From an uncultured Clostridia bacterium (GTDB taxonomy: Bacteria; Bacillota; Clostridia; TANB77; CAG-508): a DNA stretch of 64,000 nt. The notes under the pieces were generated by a model. That model saw only the letters and a program-made list of their open reading frames with translations. It was not told where the DNA came from and did not search any database. The position numbers and the translations under genes were made by a program. Shown piece by piece: positions 19,125 to 27,549 of this stretch. Positions within the stretch are counted from its first letter, which is position 1. Every line of letters begins with the position of its first letter. Where the stretch lies: contig CAJFJM010000001.1 in NCBI GenBank assembly GCA_904384245.1, positions 21,252-85,251 on the forward strand, in the 5' to 3' direction.

Positions 19125-20996
19125 ATGTTAGAAAAAATAAATTCACAACAAGACCTAAAAAAATTAACACTAGAAGAAAAGAAAATACTTGCACAAGAAA
19201 TTCGAGAATATATATTAGATATAGTATCAAAAAATGGAGGGCATTTAGCCTCTAATCTAGGTGTAGTAGAATTAACTATTGCTCTTCATAGTGTTTTTGA
19301 TGTTCCAAAAGATAAAATTGTTTGGGATGTAGGACATCAAACTTATGTGCATAAAATTTTAACAGGAAGAAAAGAAGAATTAAAAACATTAAGAAAGTTA
19401 GATGGAATAGCAGGTTTTCCTAAAACAAATGAATCTGAATCAGATTGTTTTAATACAGGTCATAGTAGTACATCAATTTCAGCAGCACTTGGGATGGCTA
19501 GAGCAAGAGATATAAAAAATGAACATAATTCAGTATTAGCAGTTATAGGTGATGGGGCTTTAACTGGAGGTATGGCAATAGAAGCATTAAATGACGCAGG
19601 ATATAGTAGGTCAAAAATAACAGTTATTTTAAATGATAATGAAATGAGTATCTCTAAAAATGTTGGCGGACTAAATATGTTCTTAAGTAAGCTAAGAACA
19701 AAAAAATTATATACAAAATCAAATGTTTCAGCAAAAAAAATCATATTAAAAATTCCAGTTGTAGGAAGACCATTTGTACGATTAGTTCAAAGAGCTAAAA
19801 GGAGTATAAAACAGTTAATTATACCTAAAATGTTTTTTGAAGATATTGGTTTTACATATTTAGGTCCAGTTGATGGGCATAATATACAAGAATTAGAAAA
19901 TATTTTAAGATTAAGTAAACAAGTAGATACACCAGTTTTAATACATGTTTTAACTAAAAAGGGTAAAGGATATGAAATAGCAGAAAAAAATCCAGATAAA
20001 TTTCATTCAATTTCCCCTTTTAATGTAGAAACAGGAGAGACCAAAAAAGCAAAATCAAAAGATTATTCAGCAGTTTTTGGAGAAAAATTGGTAAGTTTGG
20101 CAGAAAAAAATGATAAAATAGTAGCAATTACAGCATCTATGAAAGATGGGACAGGTCTTACTAAATTTCAAAAGCAATTTCCAAAAAGATTTTTCGATAT
20201 AGGAATTGCAGAACAACATGCTGTAGGGCTTGCAGCAGGAATGGCAAAGGCTGGAATGATACCTGTTGTTCCAATATATTCGTCTTTTTATCAAAGGGCA
20301 TATGATCAAGTTATTCATGATGTAGCAATACAAAATTTACCAGTCATAATGTGTGTAGATAGAGCTGGAATAGTTGGGGCAGATGGAGAAACACATCAAG
20401 GTTTATTGGATATGGCATTTTTTAGATTAGTACCAAATTTAACAATTATGGCACCTAAAAATTTTAAAGAATTAGAAAAAATGTTAGAATTTGCTGTTAA
20501 TTTAAATAAACCAGTAGTTATAAGATATCCAAGAGGTGGAGAAGATAGTATAGATATAAATACTGATTTAGAAATAAATGAAGGAAAAGCAGAGATTTTA
20601 AAAGATGGAACAGACATTACAATTGTAGCAATAGGAAAAATGGTTTCAAGAGCATATAGAGTAGCTGATAAATTAAAACAAAATAATATTGATGCACAAG
20701 TTATAAATGCAAGATTTTTAAAACCATTTGATAATAATACTGTAAAAAATGCAATAGAAAAAACAAAAGCAGTTGTTACAATTGAAGATGGAACTATTAT
20801 AAATGGACTAGCAACAACAGTTAATGAACTTGTAATAAATGAAAATTTATTAGGAATAAAAATTAAAAACTTTGCTTATCCAGATATCTATGTAAAACAT
20901 GGAAGTGTAGAAGAATTAGAAAAAATATATGGATTAGATGAAGAAAATATAACAGAGAAAATAGAAAAAATGCTAAAAGATGAGGTATTAGTTTAA
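19125..20996 (+). CDS. dxs: 1-deoxy-D-xylulose-5-phosphate synthase
   Basis: 623 aa; TPP-binding GDGALTGGMAIEALN, typical Dxs N-terminus. Confidence 0.95.
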   Translation: MLEKINSQQDLKKLTLEEKKILAQEIREYILDIVSKNGGHLASNLGVVELTIALHSVFDVPKDKIVWDVGHQTYVHKILTGRKEELKTLRKLDGIAGFPKTNESESDCFNTGHSSTSISAALGMARARDIKNEHNSVLAVIGDGALTGGMAIEALNDAGYSRSKITVILNDNEMSISKNVGGLNMFLSKLRTKKLYTKSNVSAKKIILKIPVVGRPFVRLVQRAKRSIKQLIIPKMFFEDIGFTYLGPVDGHNIQELENILRLSKQVDTPVLIHVLTKKGKGYEIAEKNPDKFHSISPFNVETGETKKAKSKDYSAVFGEKLVSLAEKNDKIVAITASMKDGTGLTKFQKQFPKRFFDIGIAEQHAVGLAAGMAKAGMIPVVPIYSSFYQRAYDQVIHDVAIQNLPVIMCVDRAGIVGADGETHQGLLDMAFFRLVPNLTIMAPKNFKELEKMLEFAVNLNKPVVIRYPRGGEDSIDINTDLEINEGKAEILKDGTDITIVAIGKMVSRAYRVADKLKQNNIDAQVINARFLKPFDNNTVKNAIEKTKAVVTIEDGTIINGLATTVNELVINENLLGIKIKNFAYPDIYVKHGSVEELEKIYGLDEENITEKIEKMLKDEVLV

Positions 20997-21058
20997 ATAG
21001 TCAAATAATTTTTATATGTGTAGAATTTGCTTAAAAATATAATGAAAGGATGAAATAA

Positions 21059-21862
21059 ATGCAAAAGGTAGAAATACTAAATGAATATAAAAAACAAGAT
21101 GATAAAATATTGCTTTCACATATTTTAGATAAAATAGAAATATCTAAGAAAAAACAAGAAATACAAATTACAGATTTTTTGGATATGTACCAAATAGTAT
21201 TAGTTAGAAATTTTTTAAAGAAAATAAATTTTGGCGAAATTATCTTTAATGGAGGATTTGAAAATTCAGAAAGAAAAGTAGCAATTTTTTATCCAGAAAA
21301 TATTGAAGAAGATGAAGTAAGCCAAGAATTTCTAAAAAAATGTAAAATCATAAGAATCACATTACCAGAAGAAGAAAAAGGAAAATATGTACACAGAAAC
21401 TATTTAGGTGGAATTATAAAATTAGGAATAAAAAGAGAAAAAGTTGGAGATATATTAGTTTTTGAAGATGGAGCAGATATAGTAGTAAAAGAAGAAACAG
21501 CACAAATATTGGCAGATGAACTAAAAACTTTAACAAGATTTTCTAATTCTATTATACAAGTAAAGGAAATTCTAGAAATTAGAAAACCAGAAATAAAAAA
21601 AGAAGAAATAAATATAATAGTTCCATCATTAAGATTAGATAATATAGTATCAGACTTAGCTAGAACATCTAGAAATAAAGCTGTGCAAATATTAAATCAA
21701 GAAAGAGTTTTTGTAAATGGACAAAATGAAACAAAACCATCAAAAAATATAAAAGTAAATGATATAATAACTATAAGAGGAAAGGGAAGATTTGTGATAA
21801 AAGAAAATACCGGAACTACAAGAAGTGGAAGAATAATTTTAAAAATAGAAAAGTTTGTATAA
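21059..21862 (+). CDS. YlmH-like RNA-binding protein with C-terminal S4 domain
   Basis: 267 aa; C-terminal S4 fold (…LRLDNIVSDLARTSRNKAVQILNQERVFVNGQ…). Confidence 0.55.
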   Translation: MQKVEILNEYKKQDDKILLSHILDKIEISKKKQEIQITDFLDMYQIVLVRNFLKKINFGEIIFNGGFENSERKVAIFYPENIEEDEVSQEFLKKCKIIRITLPEEEKGKYVHRNYLGGIIKLGIKREKVGDILVFEDGADIVVKEETAQILADELKTLTRFSNSIIQVKEILEIRKPEIKKEEINIIVPSLRLDNIVSDLARTSRNKAVQILNQERVFVNGQNETKPSKNIKVNDIITIRGKGRFVIKENTGTTRSGRIILKIEKFV

Positions 21863-22026
21863 AGAGGGCATAAAGCCTTCTTTTTTTTGAAAAAAGTTAA
21901 AAAAAGTCAAAAATTAAAAAAAGATAAAAAATTTTTTTAAAAAAGTTTCTAAAAATGAAACTTTTTTGGGTATAAAATGAATCTTATATATAGAGAGCAA
22001 AATATGAAGTAACAAAGGGGATACTA

Positions 22027-22566
22027 ATGGAAAAATTGATATTAAAAGCAAAAAAAGGAGATAAAGCAGCTTTTACAGAATTGTTTGTTAAAATTGAAAA
22101 TGATTTATATAAATTAGCAAAAGTAAAAATAAAAAGTGAAGAAGATGTAGAAGACGTAGTCCAAGAAACTATGATAAAAGCTTTTATATCAATTCGTAAA
22201 TTAAAGTCTAATAAAGCTTTAAAAAAATGGATTGTGCAAATATTATTTAACAATTGTAAAAGATATTTTAAAAAGAAGGAGAGGAGGGAATGTAGTTATG
22301 AAATAGAAATTATTAAATTGGACAAGGCCGACCAAAAAGATTTTTTTGAAAGTACAGAAAATGATGTTGATTTTAAATTGTTACTTCATTCTTTAAGTGA
22401 AGAAGAAAAAATAATTATTTTACTTTTTTACAATGAAAGATATACCACAAAGGAAATAGGAAGTTTGCTAGGAATTAATGAAAATACTGTAAAATCTAAA
22501 TTAGCAAGAGCCAAAAAGAAAATAAAAATCCTAAAGGAAAGTGAGGAAGAAATATGGATGAAATAG
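22027..22566 (+). CDS. ECF-type RNA polymerase sigma-70 family factor
   Basis: 179 aa; region 2 (…DVVQETMIKAF…) and region 4 HTH (…YTTKEIGSLLGINENTVKSKLARAKKKI…). Confidence 0.8.
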   Translation: MEKLILKAKKGDKAAFTELFVKIENDLYKLAKVKIKSEEDVEDVVQETMIKAFISIRKLKSNKALKKWIVQILFNNCKRYFKKKERRECSYEIEIIKLDKADQKDFFESTENDVDFKLLLHSLSEEEKIIILLFYNERYTTKEIGSLLGINENTVKSKLARAKKKIKILKESEEEIWMK

Positions 22567-23702
22567 ACAGATATCTTGAAAAAAAGTTTAAAGAAGAAGT
22601 AGAAGTGCCAGAAAGTTTTGAAAAAGCTATAAGACAAGCTTTATATTCAGAAAGATTTGAAAAAGTATGTAGAAAAAGAAAACTTATAAAAAATATATCA
22701 ATTTTTTGTTTATTACTTATTTGTACTTCTGGATGTGCAATTGGTGGATATATAGCATATGAAAATGTATGGAAGGAGCCGAAGCAGTATACGTATGCAG
22801 AATTAAAAAATACGATTGAACAATCAAATGTAATGGAAGAAGAAAAAGCAAATTTAATTTCAGAGGAAGAGGCAAAAGAAAAAACATTGGAAATTGTGAA
22901 TAATTTAGGATATAAGAATCAGGAAATAACTAAGATTGAGTTGAATCAGAATAAAGAAGAGGGATATGAAGAAGTATATTATTCAATAGAGAGTAAAAAT
23001 AATTATAATGAAAATTTAAAAATAAGTTTAGATGCTGTGACAGGAGAATTAAACTTTTTAGAAGATGAAAGAAATATGACTAATAGTAATAACAAAGTTT
23101 CAATTGAACAGGCAACTAATATATCAAATAAAATTTATAATGATGCAGGATTAACCCAAGAATATAAGATGAGTTCATGTCAAGAGGAAATAAGAGTATA
23201 TAAAGGTCAAGATATTGAGATGTGGGTGTCAAAATATAATAAAATATATGATAATTTAATAAATCCATATGAAGAAATAGAAATATTGTTTACAATACAT
23301 AATGATGAGACAAAGATAGCATCAATTATTAAATCTAAAAATGGGATGTATGAGGACAATGAAGAAGTTATAACAGAGAATGAAGCAATTGAAATCGCAA
23401 AAAATAAAGAAAAGGAGCTAACCGATAACGAGGTATCTAAGATTGATTCAACTATAGGAATAAGAAAATTTAATAAATATATATATGACTTAGAAAATAA
23501 TGTTGTTATTAATAATGAAAAGGTAGATAGCGATGATAAGATGATTGCTGAAACTGAGAATAGAGTTAGAAAAGTATGGATAATTAGTATATATCATGAA
23601 GAAATTGAAACAGATAGTATAGAGAATTATTTAAAATCAAAAGATAAATCTTATTATATTGATGTTACAACAGGAGAAATTGTAGGAGGGTCAAAAATTT
23701 AA
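22554..23702 (+). CDS. putative membrane-anchored anti-sigma factor with extracellular PepSY-like repeats
   Basis: Overlaps the sigma gene by 13 nt (translational coupling); single TM (ISIFCLLLICTSGCAIGGYIAY); repeated about 60-aa PepSY-like modules. Confidence 0.5.
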   Translation: MDEIDRYLEKKFKEEVEVPESFEKAIRQALYSERFEKVCRKRKLIKNISIFCLLLICTSGCAIGGYIAYENVWKEPKQYTYAELKNTIEQSNVMEEEKANLISEEEAKEKTLEIVNNLGYKNQEITKIELNQNKEEGYEEVYYSIESKNNYNENLKISLDAVTGELNFLEDERNMTNSNNKVSIEQATNISNKIYNDAGLTQEYKMSSCQEEIRVYKGQDIEMWVSKYNKIYDNLINPYEEIEILFTIHNDETKIASIIKSKNGMYEDNEEVITENEAIEIAKNKEKELTDNEVSKIDSTIGIRKFNKYIYDLENNVVINNEKVDSDDKMIAETENRVRKVWIISIYHEEIETDSIENYLKSKDKSYYIDVTTGEIVGGSKI

Positions 23703-23710
23703 ATAAAAAC

Positions 23711-23745
23711 AGAGCCAGTTGTTTGTAACTGGCTCTGTCTTATGA
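23711..23745. terminator. bidirectional hairpin terminator between convergent genes
   Basis: AGAGCCAGTT…AACTGGCTCT perfect 10-bp stem; T-run on minus-strand side. Confidence 0.6.
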
Positions 23746-23774
23746 TGGAAAACAGGAAAGAAAAGAAGAGAAAA

Positions 23775-24341
23775 TTAGATTATTGCATAATCATAATCTA
23801 CAAATGCACTCCTGTATATCCCAGGAGGATTGGCAACACTAGAAGCATCGAAAAACAATTGTATTGTTTCCCCTTGAGAGACACTACAAGAAACTGAAAA
23901 AGCGGTTGAACCTGACCGATCATCTACAACGACAGTAGAAGATTTTATGCTACCTGAAGTAGAACGAATTTGGACTGTTAATTTAATGCGGCTAACATTA
24001 GCATAGCCATCTGTACCTCTAAAAATACCAGAGATAACTAATGTACCGCTTTGTCCCATTGTCTTAATTGGAGTAAGGTTATAATCTGTGAAAGTATAAC
24101 TTCCTCCAAAACCTGAACCAACCCATGTTTCGTTGCCAGCTCTGGGTTCCAAATTGATATCGGAGATAATTGTTGATAAATCAACAGTTTTAACAGTTTC
24201 AACATCTTCAACAGGTGTTTCTTCAGAGTTTGTGCTTTCCATTTCCTGCGCAAATACTGGTGATACAGAAAATGTCAGCATTGAAGCAATCATGCTTAAG
24301 CAAAAGATACACCGCTTGATTTTTGATTTCAAGAATTTCAT
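23775..24341 (-). CDS. secreted beta-rich protein of unknown function, compositionally foreign (about 40% GC)
   Basis: Signal peptide (…MIASMLTFSVSPVFAQE) then Gly/Ser/Thr-rich beta-type sequence; a hand count of 100 nt gives 43% GC versus 21% in the sigma-factor gene nearby; AAGGAG RBS 8 nt before the second ATG (24341). Confidence 0.55.
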   Translation of the reverse strand: MKFLKSKIKRCIFCLSMIASMLTFSVSPVFAQEMESTNSEETPVEDVETVKTVDLSTIISDINLEPRAGNETWVGSGFGGSYTFTDYNLTPIKTMGQSGTLVISGIFRGTDGYANVSRIKLTVQIRSTSGSIKSSTVVVDDRSGSTAFSVSCSVSQGETIQLFFDASSVANPPGIYRSAFVDYDYAII

Positions 24342-25047
24342 AAATTTTTCTCCTTTCATGAAAAGAAATCAAATAATAGTTGCCTAATTTTTCTTTCAAG
24401 TTTTCCATATCTAAAATCATTTCCACAAGAGAAATGATTAAAGACCGAACGAGTCTTGACATAAATCGAATACTAAATACTATAAAACTGCAGTTTTCGA
24501 TATAATATGAAAAAAAAATAAATAATTTTAAAAAATTAAAAATAAATATTTTTAATTAGGTATTTTTATAATACTAATAAATTTATATAAATCATTATAT
24601 TACTCAAAAAGTTCTGATTATAAAACAAAATACAATATTAAAAAATAAAAATTACCTAATGTCGAATTTTGTCAATGAAAAGTCAAGAAATTTTAGCACA
24701 AACTCTTGTATTCTCTAAATAAATCTGTTATATTGATTATATCTTTTTAATCCAATATTTTTACATAAAGTTAATTATTGTTCATTGTTCCATTTTTTTA
24801 TATTTTTTTGTTATAATATATTTTTATTTATGAATCTTTACATTTCATTTTACTAATAATATTTATAAGTCTTTGAAAAAACAGCATTTTATTAAATAAT
24901 TTTTTATTCAATAATTTTTAATCAAATATATTGTAAAAAATCATATAAATTTATTAAAAATTTTTAAAAATTGAGAAATTCCACAAAAATTTTATTCTAA
25001 TATATTGAAAAAATATATTAGTTTGATAAAATAGAAAGAGAGGTAAT

Positions 25048-26025
25048 ATGAATAAACCAACTAATGAACTTAAATTTTCACTAAAGAACGATTATATATT
25101 CAAAAAAATATTTGCAAAAGAAGAAAACAATAGTAAATTAAAAGATTTTTTAGAAGCTATTTTAAATATAGAAATAAAAAAAGTAGAAGTAAAAAATCCA
25201 GAAATACCAAAGAATATGTTAGATGAAAAACTAGCAATATTAGACATAAGAGCAGAAATAAATGAAGATACAATGATTGATATAGAAATGCAAGTAGCAA
25301 ACCAATATAACATATCAGAAAGAAGTACAATATATACAGCAAAAATGATATCATCAGATGTTAAAGTAGGTGAAGAATATAAAGATATGAAAAAAACAAT
25401 ATCAATAAATATATTAAACTTCAATTACTTTAAAACAAATACATATCATAATATAGCACATATGAAATTTGAAAAAGTAAAAAAAGAAGAATATGTGGAT
25501 ATGGGATATGAAGAAGAACAAGAGATAGTAACAGAAAAAGTAGAGATGCATTTTATTGAATTACCAAAATTTGTCCAGAAAGATTCAGGAACAAAAAGTA
25601 AATTAGAACAATGGCTCTGGGTAATGGTAGGAAAGGGGGACAAAATGGAAAAGGCAGGAAAAGAAAATAAAGAAGTAGAAAAAACAATAGATGAATTAAA
25701 CACAATGAACCTAAGTGAAGAAGAAAGAATAATGTATGAAGAAAGAGAAAAAGCTATTATAAATTATAATTTTGGAATGGCATCAGCAGAAAGACATGGA
25801 AGAGAAGAAGGATTGAAAGAAGGTATAGAGAAAGGTCAAAGAAAAGGCAAAATGGAAGGGCGAAAAGAAGGTATAGAAAAAAAGAAAAGTGATATGATAA
25901 AAAATATGTTGCTTTTAAAAATTGATGATGATACTATAAAGAAAGTAGCCGAAATTACAGATTCTGAGTTAGAATCTTATAAAAAGAAATTTAATATGAT
26001 AGAAAAGGAAAAGTTAGATAAATAG
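25048..26025 (+). CDS. Rpn-family recombination-promoting nuclease / transposase_31-like (PDDEXK_7)
   Basis: N-terminus …LKNDYIFKKIFAKEEN…LKDFLEAIL…ILDIRAE… typical of Rpn/YhgA; C-terminal EG/KG-rich repeats. Confidence 0.75.
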   Translation: MNKPTNELKFSLKNDYIFKKIFAKEENNSKLKDFLEAILNIEIKKVEVKNPEIPKNMLDEKLAILDIRAEINEDTMIDIEMQVANQYNISERSTIYTAKMISSDVKVGEEYKDMKKTISINILNFNYFKTNTYHNIAHMKFEKVKKEEYVDMGYEEEQEIVTEKVEMHFIELPKFVQKDSGTKSKLEQWLWVMVGKGDKMEKAGKENKEVEKTIDELNTMNLSEEERIMYEEREKAIINYNFGMASAERHGREEGLKEGIEKGQRKGKMEGRKEGIEKKKSDMIKNMLLLKIDDDTIKKVAEITDSELESYKKKFNMIEKEKLDK

Positions 26026-26109
26026 TACTGAAAAATAGATATAGTTATCAATAAAAAAAGGATTATGAGGTAATTCAAAAAAATATCATGATATTACTTG
26101 GAGGTAAAT

Positions 26110-26940
26110 ATGAAAACACAAAAAAAATCAAAAGAAGAGCTAGAAAAACTAGCAAAAAAAATACGATTAGGGATAATAGATGAAGTATATTATGGAAAAT
26201 CAGGGCATCCAGGAGGTTCTTTGTCAATTGCAGATATTATGACGGTTTTATATTTTGATGAAATGAACATAGATAATGAAAATCCTAACTGGGAAGATAG
26301 AGACAGATTAGTATTATCTAAGGGACATTGTTCACCAGCATTGTATGCAGCACTTGCATATAGAGGATTTTTTCCAGTCGAAGATTTAAAGACTTTTAGA
26401 AATATAAATAGTTATTTACAAGGACATCCAGATAAAAAAAATATACCAGGAGTTGATATGAGTACAGGTTCATTAGGACAAGGGCTGTCAGCAGCAAATG
26501 GAATGGCAATATCAGCAAAATTAAACAAAAAAAATTATAGAGTATATTGTATTTTAGGTGATGGAGAAATAGAAGAAGGTCAAATATGGGAAGCTGCAAT
26601 GTCATCTAGTAAGTATAAATTAGATAATTTATGTGTAATTGTAGACAATAATAATTTGCAAATAGATGGAACAATTGATGAAGTTATGAGTTCAAAACCA
26701 ATAGATGATAAATTTAGAAGTTTTGGGTTTGAAATAATAAAAATAGATGGACACAACATAGAAGAAATTAAAAATGCTTTTGAAGTAGCAAAAAATGTAA
26801 AAGAAAAGCCAGTATGTATTATTGCAAAAACAATAAAAGGTAAAGGTGTAAAATATATGGAAAACAAAGTTGATTGGCATGGAAAAGCACCTAATGAAGA
26901 TGAATATAAACAAGCTATTATAGATATTGAAAATATGTGA
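26110..26940 (+). CDS. transketolase, N-terminal (TPP-binding) subunit
   Basis: GHPGGSLS, GDGE…EG motifs; 277-280 aa; GGAGG RBS before ATG 26110; no C-terminal subunit gene follows. Confidence 0.9.
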   Translation: MKTQKKSKEELEKLAKKIRLGIIDEVYYGKSGHPGGSLSIADIMTVLYFDEMNIDNENPNWEDRDRLVLSKGHCSPALYAALAYRGFFPVEDLKTFRNINSYLQGHPDKKNIPGVDMSTGSLGQGLSAANGMAISAKLNKKNYRVYCILGDGEIEEGQIWEAAMSSSKYKLDNLCVIVDNNNLQIDGTIDEVMSSKPIDDKFRSFGFEIIKIDGHNIEEIKNAFEVAKNVKEKPVCIIAKTIKGKGVKYMENKVDWHGKAPNEDEYKQAIIDIENM

Positions 26941-27147
26941 TAAAAAAAGATTTTGAACTACTTCAAAATCTCCACAAGAATTAAATAAAGTATAGCACAA
27001 AAAACAAAAAAAAACAAATATTAAAAAAGTAAAATAAAATAAGATAAATGAATAAAAAAAGAGATAAAACCATATAATAATATTAAAATAGAAAAAATTA
27101 AAAGAAATATTATTTGTAAATTAAAATATCATATGTTAAAATATAAA

Positions 27148-27475
27148 TAACTTCAAAGAAGAAGTTAAAAATAATAAGTTAATAATTTTCCCTGCATAGT
27201 ACGTGTAGACAGAATTTTTAGAACCAACACACATAGAAGAGGGGCCAATCTCGAAAATATGGCGTGCATGCTCACCGTTTGAATTGTGAGAAGCCCATGA
27301 GTATTTTGGTAGGCACCCACCTGTTTTTAGGAACAGGTCCTTAAAAATTCAAGACATCTTGCGGCTAAGGCGGGGGGTATTTTTAATAAAAAATTAAATT
27401 AAGTAAATTTTTAAGTGCACTGCTAAAAAGTTTGTATATGGAATAAATAAAATTCGTATACAAACTTTTTTTAAT
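27148..27475 (+). ncRNA. candidate structured RNA of about 330 nt (family not recognised)
   Basis: Possible sigma-A promoter (TTGTAA 27113-27118, 17 nt spacer, TAAAAT 27136-27141); GC-rich core 27181-27370 with several local stems; no convincing ORF; strong terminator AAGTTTGTATA…TATACAAACTT then T7 at 27430-27475; the downstream gene has its own promoter. Confidence 0.3.
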
Positions 27476-27549
27476 TCGTTTTAAATATTGCATTTTGAGC
27501 ATTTTTTATGTATAATATGAAAAAAAGTCGAAGGGTGGAGAATTGTGTC

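Noticed and set aside
24038-24387. ORFs 24133..24387(+), 24038..24253(-) and 24223..24462(-)
   Set aside because: Overlap the better-supported signal-peptide gene 23775..24341, which has an RBS; they are products of the locally higher GC content leaving open frames.
26941-27100. Search for a transketolase C-subunit remnant after the N-subunit gene
   Set aside because: No frame in 26941-27500 translates to transketolase-like sequence; the region is AT-rich spacer plus the GC-rich RNA candidate.
27181-27370. Identity of the GC-rich element as tRNA, tmRNA, RNase P, SRP RNA or hammerhead ribozyme
   Set aside because: The T-arm GGTTCGA box, RNase P GGAAAGTCC, SRP GGAAGCAGCC and CUGANGA…GAAA cores are all missing; left as an unknown structured RNA.
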